Source: a virus (lineage: Duplodnaviria > Caudoviricetes). Taken from it: a stretch of 35,199 nucleotides of DNA. Shown here piece by piece: positions 9,209 to 17,842 of the stretch. The stretch is taken from positions 1-35,199 of the IMG/VR virus record IMGVR_UViG_3300035548_000056; one strand, written 5' to 3'. Under the pieces are notes generated by a model. That model saw only the letters and a list, made by a program, of their open reading frames with translations. It made no database searches and was not told the origin of the DNA. Within the stretch, counting starts at the first letter, position 1. The number at the start of each line of letters is the position of its first letter. The position numbers and the translations under genes were made by a program.

Positions 9209-9218
9209 ATTTTACCTC

Positions 9219-9581
9219 CTAAAATGGATAATCTTCTGTTGTCTCAGGTTCTTGCTGCTTCTGTGGTGCTTCCTGTGTCTTCTTACTGTCCAGGAACTCT
9301 ATCTGATCGACAATAACATCATAAGTGGTTATTTTTTTCCCCTCTACCTCGTACCGATTCATTTGAAGCCTTCCTTGTATTCCTAGTTTGCTCCCTTTCC
9401 TCATATACTCACATAAAAGCTCGGCAGTCTTTCCAAAAGCCACACAGTTTATAAAGTCCACATCGTCTTTTTTAAAAGGTCTGTCTACCGCTATTGAGAA
9501 CCTGCAGTAAGCTTTACCGCCTTGAGCATATTTTAATTCCGGGTCTCTTGTCATTCTACCTGTTAAGATTGTTAGATTCAT
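9219..9581 (-). CDS. ssb: single-stranded DNA-binding protein
   Basis: L.GR.TRDPELKY, DFINCVAFGKTAE and acidic DYPF tail. Confidence 0.96.
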   Translation of the reverse strand: MNLTILTGRMTRDPELKYAQGGKAYCRFSIAVDRPFKKDDVDFINCVAFGKTAELLCEYMRKGSKLGIQGRLQMNRYEVEGKKITTYDVIVDQIEFLDSKKTQEAPQKQQEPETTEDYPF

Positions 9582-10105
9582 TTTTTTACCTCCATATATA
9601 TTTTTTTAAGATCTTCTAACGACTTGTTTTTTAAAGTTTCTTTTGTATATTCATCGGTTAGTTTTATTATACTTCCAACCGCTGCATCTATTCTCTTATT
9701 CTCCTCTATAACGTGTTGTATATCTTCTCCGGTATAAAAACTCAAACCTATACCAAACATGGCTATATTCTTAGCCAAGCACCTCACGATTGCATCTCCT
9801 ATCTGCCGGCTATTTGGGTTAGGAACTGCCTTAAATTTATTGTCCATAACAGGGAGGAACATTTTTTTAGTTAGCCCAAATGCAGTGACTGAGGTTTTAA
9901 CAAAATGACTCTCCCCTCTGCTAAAACAAGGGAAACCATTTTCATCCTCTAGAACTTCATAAGTGGCAGTTACGTCTTGTTCAAGTAGCAACTTATAAGC
10001 GTTGGCCCAGCTGATATATTTTATTCCTTGGTAATTTTTTTCTGTGACTTTTAGAGTTTCCTCTAAGTTATAATTTTTAATAAATATTTCTTTACTGAAT
10101 TTCAT
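9578..10105 (-). CDS. single-strand annealing protein, Sak3/DUF1071 family
   Basis: Y.SWA.A, LPVMD and RCLAKNIAMFG.GL..Y.GED motifs; adjacent to ssb. Confidence 0.88.
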   Translation of the reverse strand: MKFSKEIFIKNYNLEETLKVTEKNYQGIKYISWANAYKLLLEQDVTATYEVLEDENGFPCFSRGESHFVKTSVTAFGLTKKMFLPVMDNKFKAVPNPNSRQIGDAIVRCLAKNIAMFGIGLSFYTGEDIQHVIEENKRIDAAVGSIIKLTDEYTKETLKNKSLEDLKKIYMEVKK

Positions 10106-10359
10106 TATTCACCCTCCTCAAAACTTATAGTCTCCCAGCAGGAAGCTTTTATTTTACTTTTTATTTCTACTTTTTTATATTCTTTCGTAAGTTTCTGTGC
10201 GTATCTAATGGCGTCATGTATTTCTCTGAATCCCTTCACTTCTTTTCTGACTGTAAACTTTTCGCCATCTATTATTTCATCTTCACATATAACCCCCACC
10301 TTAAAGTTGCAAGGCGGGGTTAAAAAGTCGGTCGTAATTACTGGATTATTCATCTTCAT
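10105..10359 (-). CDS. hypothetical protein
   Basis: Translationally coupled on both sides. Confidence 0.65.
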   Translation of the reverse strand: MKMNNPVITTDFLTPPCNFKVGVICEDEIIDGEKFTVRKEVKGFREIHDAIRYAQKLTKEYKKVEIKSKIKASCWETISFEEGE

Positions 10360-10643
10360 TCCGAGTACTCCTGGCTTGTGACTTCTTTATGTATTTTCTC
10401 AATCTGGTATTTTTCAAGTTCATATAGTTCGTCCTCTGTCCACCTAAAAGAGTGATCCAGTATATCAGAAACTAGGTTTTCAAAAGTATTTTTAACGTCT
10501 ATCTCCCAGGTTAAGCCGTAACCTTCAAGTTCGTTTACACTCTGTCCACATATACATTGATATTGCCTTTCGTAAGGTTCAGTATAACCATCTCCCCACC
10601 TTCTAGTTACTACCATATCTTTACCGCATAGATTACATATCAT
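10356..10643 (-). CDS. hypothetical zinc-ribbon protein (start MICNLCG)
   Basis: GGAGGGG RBS before the internal ATG; CxxC and CxC. Confidence 0.65.
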   Translation of the reverse strand: MICNLCGKDMVVTRRWGDGYTEPYERQYQCICGQSVNELEGYGLTWEIDVKNTFENLVSDILDHSFRWTEDELYELEKYQIEKIHKEVTSQEYSE

Positions 10644-10721
10644 TTTAACCCCTCCAAATAAAACCACTATTATTGCCATTGTTACCATTTCGAGTACCTG
10701 ATCTTTGTTTTCAGAAGGTGT

Positions 10722-10841
10722 TTAATTAGTTTTATCAACTTCATTCCTCCATTCACAAAAGTCTTTTACTGTTATTTTTTCTAATTCTAACCCTAATCTT
10801 TTTAAGTTTTTAACAATCGTGTTTAGTTGTGAAAGCTTCAT
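10722..10841 (-). CDS. small hypothetical protein (39 aa)
   Basis: AAGGAGG RBS, MKLSQLN... Confidence 0.55.
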   Translation of the reverse strand: MKLSQLNTIVKNLKRLGLELEKITVKDFCEWRNEVDKTN

Positions 10842-10855
10842 ATTAATCCTCCTTT

Positions 10856-10875
10856 GAGGCCCCGAAGGGCCTTTT
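10856..10875. terminator. hairpin / probable terminator
   Basis: aggccc-cgaa-gggcct followed by Ts. Confidence 0.55.
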
Positions 10876-10877
10876 AT

Positions 10878-11027
10878 TTATTTTACTGCATCTCTTATAA
10901 TCTCATCAAAAGCAATCTGCGATAATTCAGCTTTGCAAGAATCCATTGCTACACTGTAACCGAATCTTTTAATCGTCTTTCTTATAGTTTCTTTTCTTTT
11001 TTCAATTTCTTGTCTCGTAAATTTCAT
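10878..11027 (-). CDS. small hypothetical protein (49 aa), first gene of the leftward operon
   Basis: GGGAG RBS, MKFTRQEIE... Confidence 0.6.
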   Translation of the reverse strand: MKFTRQEIEKRKETIRKTIKRFGYSVAMDSCKAELSQIAFDEIIRDAVK

Positions 11028-11068
11028 TTTTCACTCACTCCCTTTTCGTGTTGCCCTTTGATACTTAG

Positions 11069-11165
11069 ATATTACTTTATTTTTTAAACTATGTCAACAC
11101 TTTTTATAATTGAATTATAATTAAATATTTTTAACTTGTATTTATATAAAAAAGTATGTTATACT
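11069..11165. promoter_or_regulatory. divergent sigma70-type promoters with a palindromic operator candidate
   Basis: Minus strand TTGACA-17-TAATAT (11097-11069); plus strand TTGTAT-18-TATACT with extended TG (11136-11165); TTATAATT-G-AATTATAA at 11104-11120. Confidence 0.7.
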
Positions 11166-11184
11166 TAAAATATAGAAAAAGGAG

Positions 11185-11376
11185 ATGAGAAAAATGGAAC
11201 ACCTAAATGAAATGTTATTCAGAATAAAGTATGAGATGAAGCAAAAGAATATAACTATCAAACAAGTGGCTAAAGAGTTGGGTTATACTCAAGCCACTAT
11301 AAGTAACTTACTAAACGGAAACTCCGGAACTTTTGACACATTAAAAAAAATTTTGAAATATTTAGAGACTAAATAA
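11185..11376 (+). CDS. Cro/XRE-like HTH regulator
   Basis: IT.KQVAKELGYTQATISNLLNG. Confidence 0.9.
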   Translation: MRKMEHLNEMLFRIKYEMKQKNITIKQVAKELGYTQATISNLLNGNSGTFDTLKKILKYLETK

Positions 11377-11414
11377 AGGAGGTTGCATAAATATAAAATT
11401 AAAGGGGATGTAAT

Positions 11415-14120
11415 ATGGCTTTTTGCAAAAGTTTAGCTGACAATTTGATCAAAAACGGTTTGCAGCCTTTTATTTTTAGGTCTAGTAATAAAAAAGGACA
11501 ATATAATAATAAGTATTTTAAAAATGAAAAATTAACTTTAGGCAATACTAGGGAAATACTGGATTATATGGAGTTTTTCAACATTACAGATGATTCAAAC
11601 GTAGGTATTTTTTTAAAAAATACTAAAATAAGGGATGCTAATAAAGGATTTTTCTTTTTAGATTTTGATTTAAAAGGGAATGACGACATGTCTGTGTTTG
11701 ATGATATAGTCAAAGATTTGAAAATCTATGGATATTGGGAGCAGGTTGAAAAAAAGAGGAATGGTAAAGGCTATCACCTTTGTTTGAAAACATCATTAAA
11801 AGATATGGAACTCTTGGAGGCCCAAGGCAAAATATACAGAGGTGAGAGTTCTTTTGTTGAGGTGTTAACAGCTGGGAAGTTTTTGAGGTTATGCCCTAAC
11901 CAAGATTACATAATAGACGATACAGAAGGAAAACATATTATTTTTGAAAATGTAAAGACTATAAAAATTGATGAATTGTTAAGCCTTTCAAAGAACAACA
12001 ACGCCGATAAAATATTGAAAAGAAGTTCTACCAAAAAAACTAAACACATAGTAAAGGCTGACATAGATTTTTCTAAAATAAAAAACAGCACAGAGTTCGT
12101 ACAGCCTGAAAAAACTTTAGTTTGCAACTATATACTTTCTAAAAAAATGGAATATGACGAGGCACTGCAAATGACTTGCGGGCTTGGTGCACTTCAATGG
12201 TTTGATGTTTTTAAGAGTAGTATACCCAATGAAAAAATTGGTGAATATATTGGACTGTTTGAAAAGAGCATTAAAGAAAAACCTTATAAAACTAATTATA
12301 TGAAAAGCTTATTAAATGCTCTGGAAGATTCAAAGTATAAAAAAATCATAACCGGAAACTATTTAGATGTGGAACAAGTGAAGGAGATTTTTAATTCAGA
12401 TAATAAAAAACATCTTGTTGTTTCACCTACTGGTACAGGTAAAACTCATGCTTTCTTAAATGCTGCAAAAGAACTAAAAGAAAAAATAATTTTTACAGTT
12501 CCTAACGTAGCAGTAGCTCATCAATTTGGTAGCAAGTATGACTTTATAAAAGTTTCACACTCAAATATATCGTTTGAAAAAGCCATACATTCAGGTGACA
12601 TAATAGTTTGCACAATTGACAAGCTAGCTAATTGTCCTGAGCATATTGATTTAGAGAACCATATAATCATAAATGATGAAAAACACTCGCATGTTACAAG
12701 TGCTGATTTTAGAACCAAAGCGGTTCACTTTTCAAATAAAGTAAGCAAAAGAGCAAAAAAAATTATAGATATAACAGCTACACCAGAGCCATTATATATG
12801 GGTGACTATGATAAAAAAACATTATTTTGTAAGAAGGATGAAAAAAAGTATGATGTTAATGTATATTCGACTAAAAAAGTTACTAAAACAGTTTTAAAGC
12901 TACTAAAAGAAACAGAAGGGCAAAAAAGAATTGTTTTGAATAACAATATCGCTTTTAACGAAACATATGCAAGTACCAATCAAAATTATATTTCTTTAGA
13001 TTCAACTAAAAAGAAAAGCGACGTTTATAATTATCTTGTGAATAATAACAAAATACCTGAGAGTGTAGAAACTGTGTTGACAACTGATTTATTCAGTGCA
13101 GGTCTGAATATCAACAATGATGGAGAATGGCATGTTATAATAGCTGGTTTTAAAGACCCTGCGACTATTAGACAGTTTGTAGCCAGATTTAGAAATGTGA
13201 AAAATATAAAGGTTTCAATAATTATATCCAGAAATGACGTAAAAGAAATAGATCTTGAAAGTTACACAGATTTTTTATTTTTAGTTAATGAGAAACGAAT
13301 GAAAGAACTAAATAAAAATACAATGACGGCAGTGGTGAAGGAAAAAGGAATACTTCAGGATGATTGTTTTATACTTTCTGAAGACAGTGGAAATTACGAA
13401 ATGGTTCATGATAAAATATTAAATGATTCGTGGAAGTATTTTGTGAAACACATATCACCTTATGACTTGATGATGTGCTTTGATGATGACTCCTATACGT
13501 TGAATGTTGAATATTTAGATGAAGAGGAATATGAAAACGAAATTCTCGAGAATATAAAGGAAACTCGGGAACAAAGGAAAAACATAAAAGTTTCAAAGAA
13601 ATACAAAACTATTGAAGCTTTGGAAGTATATCAGGACCTTTGCTATATATTCAAAGACGATAAAGATTATGATAATGAAATACTAGACAAATATTTGAAA
13701 TTGAGTAACGAATACAAACTACCGCATTCGGTTGTTATGAAATTTTGTGAAAATAAAGATTTTGATTATGAAGTAAGATTTAGAACTATGGCATATTTTT
13801 TACAAAAGAAGGGGTCAGATGAAATATTGCGTAAAAACAAAATATATAAAATAACAAAGTATGTATATAACATAAGAAAAGGCAGTATTTTAAATATCAC
13901 AGACTTGGCAAACGACAAAAAATTCAAGAGGTTGGATTTGAAAAGATGCTTTGATAGTTTGTGGGAATATGAAGAAATAAGAGATAAAAATAAAAGGAAT
14001 ATAAAATTATTATCTAGAAAAAACAAAAAATTATTCAGTATGAAAGAGTTTAAAATATTGCTTTCTACAGGGTATATTTTAGATAAAAAAACAGCTAATA
14101 TTTTACAACTGCAATTTTAA
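11415..14120 (+). CDS. primase-polymerase-like domain fused to an SF2 (origin-binding type) helicase
   Basis: N-terminal FLDFD and GKGYHL (AEP motifs); SPTGTGKT, NDEKH, TATP, AGLNI and Q..ARFR. Confidence 0.8.
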   Translation: MAFCKSLADNLIKNGLQPFIFRSSNKKGQYNNKYFKNEKLTLGNTREILDYMEFFNITDDSNVGIFLKNTKIRDANKGFFFLDFDLKGNDDMSVFDDIVKDLKIYGYWEQVEKKRNGKGYHLCLKTSLKDMELLEAQGKIYRGESSFVEVLTAGKFLRLCPNQDYIIDDTEGKHIIFENVKTIKIDELLSLSKNNNADKILKRSSTKKTKHIVKADIDFSKIKNSTEFVQPEKTLVCNYILSKKMEYDEALQMTCGLGALQWFDVFKSSIPNEKIGEYIGLFEKSIKEKPYKTNYMKSLLNALEDSKYKKIITGNYLDVEQVKEIFNSDNKKHLVVSPTGTGKTHAFLNAAKELKEKIIFTVPNVAVAHQFGSKYDFIKVSHSNISFEKAIHSGDIIVCTIDKLANCPEHIDLENHIIINDEKHSHVTSADFRTKAVHFSNKVSKRAKKIIDITATPEPLYMGDYDKKTLFCKKDEKKYDVNVYSTKKVTKTVLKLLKETEGQKRIVLNNNIAFNETYASTNQNYISLDSTKKKSDVYNYLVNNNKIPESVETVLTTDLFSAGLNINNDGEWHVIIAGFKDPATIRQFVARFRNVKNIKVSIIISRNDVKEIDLESYTDFLFLVNEKRMKELNKNTMTAVVKEKGILQDDCFILSEDSGNYEMVHDKILNDSWKYFVKHISPYDLMMCFDDDSYTLNVEYLDEEEYENEILENIKETREQRKNIKVSKKYKTIEALEVYQDLCYIFKDDKDYDNEILDKYLKLSNEYKLPHSVVMKFCENKDFDYEVRFRTMAYFLQKKGSDEILRKNKIYKITKYVYNIRKGSILNITDLANDKKFKRLDLKRCFDSLWEYEEIRDKNKRNIKLLSRKNKKLFSMKEFKILLSTGYILDKKTANILQLQF

Positions 14121-14184
14121 ATTTTTTTATGGGAAATGAATTCAATTGTGGGTGTCTATTTTATTAGCTTTGACGCAAAAAAAA

Positions 14185-14235
14185 GATGACAAAAAGTGCT
14201 CTATATTTTATAAAAATAACGTTTTTTTTGTCATC
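14185..14235. repeat. 11-bp inverted repeat with AT-rich spacer
   Basis: gatgacaaaaa ... tttttgtcatc. Confidence 0.7.
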
Positions 14236-14251
14236 AAAAAGGGTGTGAAAA

Positions 14252-14542
14252 ATGATAGTGAAAATTAAATTTTTAAGAGAAGAATTAAGCGAATATTTAA
14301 GACTAAATCCAGAAGAAAAAACTCGTATTCATGAAAGAATAAAAGAAATATCAAAAAGGGTGTCTACTTATGAACATTTATCGCCCGGGGATGATTTTTA
14401 CTGCGGAGTACACATGTTAAAAAAAGCAATAAATAAAGATTTTGACGAGTGCTTATTTTACACACTTGAAAAAATAACTGAAGTTGGTAATCCAAAAGTA
14501 AAATTGGTGAGTTATATTGTAATGCCGTTTATATGTATGTAA
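14252..14542 (+). CDS. hypothetical protein
   Basis: ORF with RBS in the rightward operon. Confidence 0.6.
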   Translation: MIVKIKFLREELSEYLRLNPEEKTRIHERIKEISKRVSTYEHLSPGDDFYCGVHMLKKAINKDFDECLFYTLEKITEVGNPKVKLVSYIVMPFICM

Positions 14543-14551
14543 GGAGGTAGC

Positions 14552-14830
14552 ATGTATAAAACTCAAACCTTAGACGAGCTAAAAGACTTATACAAGGTAG
14601 AATTAAAAAAATACAATGCACAGGAAAAGTGGATTGAAGCTAACCCAAACAAGGCACATAAAATTATTAAAGGTAAGATTCCATTTAAGATGTTTTTAGA
14701 AACTCTAAGCAACTTAGGACAAATAGGTTATGAAATGGAAGATAGATTCAACTATATACAATCTACAGAAGAAAGGTTCGGGGAACTTGGACCTTTTCAG
14801 AAAGAAGTAATTGAGAGGTTAGGATTATGA
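14552..14830 (+). CDS. hypothetical protein
   Basis: AAGGAGG RBS. Confidence 0.7.
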   Translation: MYKTQTLDELKDLYKVELKKYNAQEKWIEANPNKAHKIIKGKIPFKMFLETLSNLGQIGYEMEDRFNYIQSTEERFGELGPFQKEVIERLGL

Positions 14831-15162
14831 AAATCATAAAAGGCACAGTCCTAAAAGATATAGCTATTTTTAATCATCAACGTAAAATAGTATCATGGAC
14901 AAAAGAAGAAGCCAAACTACCAGCCAAAACTTTTATGATAGAAGGTTACTGTCATATATTTGAGGATAAAATAGACTTCAAAGATCTGTATAAAATGTAT
15001 GGCTATAAACCTCCTGAGAAGCTCACAAAACAAAATAAATATGATATCCTAGCACTTACAAGGGATAGACATCAAGAAGGCACATTAAACCACACATACT
15101 GGAACTACTTCTGTGAAAAGTTTATGCCGTCACATTTAAAAAACCAAATAAAATTATTCTAA
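14827..15162 (+). CDS. hypothetical protein
   Basis: ATGA coupling to the upstream gene. Confidence 0.65.
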   Translation: MKIIKGTVLKDIAIFNHQRKIVSWTKEEAKLPAKTFMIEGYCHIFEDKIDFKDLYKMYGYKPPEKLTKQNKYDILALTRDRHQEGTLNHTYWNYFCEKFMPSHLKNQIKLF

Positions 15163-15174
15163 CAAGGAGCAATT

Positions 15175-15924
15175 ATGGAAAAAATTGTAAATGAAGTATT
15201 TAAAAATGTAAATGACCGTGAATACCGTGTATTGTCCTATGAAGGTAAAGAAAAGAAAGGTAAAGCATATAAGCACTTTTATAAAATACAGTTCCTCGAC
15301 ACTAAAAACGAGTATCTGGAAGAGCGAACCAAGGTCAGGACGTCAAAATGCAAAGACTTGCTGCACATCAAACTTATGAAGTCTAAAATTAAACAACAAA
15401 AGCTAAAAGAACGTGCAAGAGTTACGAAACGTGATAAGAACACTCTAAAACGCTTTGATTTTGATTTTAAGACCATTCTGTCACTCGACCTAAGTACAAA
15501 GTCGTCCGGCTGGTGTGTAGGCTCTAAAACGTGTATAAAGGCTTTTGGTTGCATATCACAAGATAGCAATAATTGGAGAGAAAGAAACTATAATACAATA
15601 GTTGAAATTGAAAAAATAATAAACACCTACAAGGTGGACATAGTATTTATAGAGGCAACCTTCCTTGGTTTATCCAGTTCCGTACTTGAGAAACTATGTG
15701 AGTTACGAGGTGGGGTATTTAAACTTATTATGGAGTATAACTGTGAATATGAAGTAATAATGCCTAATACCTGGAAACATTACCACAATTTAGGTGTAGG
15801 AAGACAAGAGCAGAAGGCGGCTAGTGTAAAAAAAGCTAGTTCAATCTTAAAAAGTAAAGTAAATGATGATGTAGCGGACAGTTGTTTGTTGTATATATAC
15901 GCAGTAAAAAATCTAATAAAGTGA
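15175..15924 (+). CDS. RuvC-like Holliday junction resolvase with N-terminal extension
   Basis: ILSLDLSTKSSGW, DIVFIE, P.TWK and DDVADS acidic motifs. Confidence 0.85.
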   Translation: MEKIVNEVFKNVNDREYRVLSYEGKEKKGKAYKHFYKIQFLDTKNEYLEERTKVRTSKCKDLLHIKLMKSKIKQQKLKERARVTKRDKNTLKRFDFDFKTILSLDLSTKSSGWCVGSKTCIKAFGCISQDSNNWRERNYNTIVEIEKIINTYKVDIVFIEATFLGLSSSVLEKLCELRGGVFKLIMEYNCEYEVIMPNTWKHYHNLGVGRQEQKAASVKKASSILKSKVNDDVADSCLLYIYAVKNLIK

Positions 15925-15933
15925 TGAATTTAT
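15916..15933 (+). repeat. ATAAA-N8-TTTAT site (spacer GTGATGAA, class A) containing the resolvase stop
   Basis: ataaagtgatgaatttat; 17/18 identical to the 6011 site. Confidence 0.85.
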
Positions 15934-15951
15934 TTAGAAAAGAGGTCATGT

Positions 15952-16185
15952 ATGAAACATACAATTAAGTTGATTAATAATTATAAAGAAATTTTAGAAA
16001 AAAATTATTCAGATGAACCAGAGTTGCTAGATAAGTACTTAAAACAATATAAATCATTAGAAAACATTGAGGTAGAAGTTGATAGTAAAAATATTTTTGG
16101 AGTTTTTAATGAACTATTTGAAATTAACGGTTATGAAAAACAGGTTTTCTGCACAGATTATTTTAAACTTTTAAAATCTAAATAA
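15952..16185 (+). CDS. hypothetical protein (cassette cargo)
   Basis: GAGG RBS; bounded by two 18-bp sites. Confidence 0.7.
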   Translation: MKHTIKLINNYKEILEKNYSDEPELLDKYLKQYKSLENIEVEVDSKNIFGVFNELFEINGYEKQVFCTDYFKLLKSK

Positions 16186-16199
16186 ATTCAGAACTTTAT
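16182..16199 (+). repeat. ATAAA-N8-TTTAT site (spacer TTCAGAAC, class B) overlapping a stop codon
   Basis: ataaattcagaactttat. Confidence 0.9.
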
Positions 16200-16232
16200 T
16201 GGGTTATATAAATAAAAATATTGGAGGCAAAT

Positions 16233-16640
16233 GTGAATATTATAAAAATAAAAGAATTGAAAGATCAGAAATATGATGAAAATTATGTTGCGATAGATGG
16301 TAAAGATATGGTCATCGAAATAGACGATCTCGGAGAAGAAATTTATTGGATTTAAAAAGAAGGTGAGATTGAAGATCTAAAAGTTCATCCAACTAGAAAA
16401 GAAGTGTTTTCTTTAGATGCTGATTCAATAGTAGAAAACTTTTACGATAGTGGTGTTATATTTGAAGATTGTGAATTTCCAAGAAATCGTACAAAAGAAT
16501 TACAGGAGCTTTTAGATAAATGGTGTGAAGAGGTTAAAGGAGAAGTAGATGTTTGTTACGAGATTTATTACGAAACTCTTATAGATGTATCTGAAATTAT
16601 CGAGGAAGTAAAAAGGAAAATCGAGGATGAAACCAGATAA
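16233..16640 (+). pseudogene. 135-codon acidic hypothetical ORF with one in-frame TAA (16353-16355)
   Basis: GGAGG RBS + GTG 16233 is in frame with ORF 16404..16640, with a single stop between them. Confidence 0.7.
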
Positions 16641-16654
16641 ATTTTGGAATTTAT
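16637..16654 (+). repeat. ATAAA-N8-TTTAT site (spacer TTTTGGAA, class C) overlapping a stop codon
   Basis: ataaattttggaatttat; 17/18 identical to the 7929 site. Confidence 0.85.
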
Positions 16655-16680
16655 AAGTAATTATGAGGGGGATTGCATAA

Positions 16681-16923
16681 ATGCGGGAAATAAAATTTAA
16701 GGCGTGGGATGATGACGATAAAAAAATGCTAGAAGCTCAGGATTTGACACAGAATTCTGAATATTGGAAGTGGCTTGGTAAAAAAGATGTAAAACTATTA
16801 CAATTCACAGGTAAGAAGGATTCAAAAGGTGTAGAAATCTACGAAGGCGACATAATACAGTCTGTAAATGGACTGAAATATGTAATTTATTACAACAAAA
16901 ACAGTGCAGCTTTTGATGCCTAA
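16681..16923 (+). CDS. YopX family protein, probably C-terminally truncated
   Basis: MREIKFKAWD and QFTG.KD.KG.EIYEGDI; lacks the usual EVIGN ending. Confidence 0.85.
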   Translation: MREIKFKAWDDDDKKMLEAQDLTQNSEYWKWLGKKDVKLLQFTGKKDSKGVEIYEGDIIQSVNGLKYVIYYNKNSAAFDA

Positions 16924-16952
16924 TGTATTAAAAGAATATAATTTGATAATTG

Positions 16953-16978
16953 AAAGGGCCTAATTGCCCTTTTTTTTT
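16953..16978 (+). terminator. intrinsic terminator
   Basis: aagggc-ctaatt-gccctt + T-tract. Confidence 0.8.
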
Positions 16979-17007
16979 ATGTATAGTATAATATAAGTAA
17001 AGGGGGG

Positions 17008-17379
17008 GTGCATGAAAAATACAGGGGAGATCATATTAGGAGTAGGGTTGTTCACGATGCATCTGATTTGGAAGGTAATATGTATCAGAAGATGATATAC
17101 TTCCATATGTGTAGGTTAGCAAATGAAGATAATGAGTGCATTGTTAGCTTAAGAAGGCTTAGAGAAAGAGTAAAATGTAACAATAAAGTTTTTCTTAAGG
17201 AATTTAATAGTCTTAAGAAGTCGGGTCTTGTTGTTCCAGTGGGTAAAGGAACAAGAGGAGATGAGTTTGGAATGTGTAAATTTGAAGATACAATTAGATA
17301 CAAGGTTGAAAACTATGGTCTTAATTCAACACTTACTGAACTAATGAATCAAGTCGATGAAAATTATGGTAAAAAATGA
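17008..17379 (+). CDS. winged-HTH protein, replication-initiator-like N-terminal fold
   Basis: K..Y..MC..A....C..S...L......N.......L...GLV pattern; directly precedes the large palindrome. Confidence 0.55.
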   Translation: MHEKYRGDHIRSRVVHDASDLEGNMYQKMIYFHMCRLANEDNECIVSLRRLRERVKCNNKVFLKEFNSLKKSGLVVPVGKGTRGDEFGMCKFEDTIRYKVENYGLNSTLTELMNQVDENYGKK

Positions 17380-17383
17380 TTTT

Positions 17384-17568
17384 GGACATTTTAGAAGTAC
17401 ATATAAGAAACATAATATTTAAAACCATATATACTATTATTATATTATATACTATATATACTGTATTTAATTATACATAGTACTATATATAGTATTACTA
17501 TAAGTAAGTATATATAATTAAATGATGTTTTTAATTAATTGTTTCTTATATGTACTTCCCATTTGTCC
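17384..17568. repeat. ~185-bp imperfect AT-rich palindrome (candidate origin / cruciform)
   Basis: Perfect 19-bp arms 17394-17412 and 17540-17558; the interior is also imperfectly self-complementary. Confidence 0.8.
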
Positions 17569-17842
17569 TTTTTCTTTCTTGGGATTCGATGTAAGAGGCT
17601 TATAACTGGCTTTTCCTTGTGGTGAATAGTATATTGTGTTATATTGTTTTTGTGGATACAAGGTGTATAATGGGGTTCTGAGAAAGTATATAAACTATTT
17701 ACTGTGTTTAATTGCTCAGATTGTTTGATTCTTTTGTATTGTTCCCCTTTAGTTACATTTAGCATCTAAACCAATATACAGTAGTAGCAGTTGTATGAAG
17801 ATTTTTGTTTCACAAACATTTGACATAATTTAACATGATACT

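Noticed and set aside
6475-16640. Stop-codon reassignment to explain in-frame stops
   Set aside because: The interrupting stops are mixed (TAA, TGA, TAG), and core genes end normally at all three in code 11
17535-17765. 76-aa minus-strand ORF
   Set aside because: No RBS or recognisable motif, and it ends inside the palindrome arm; probably non-coding
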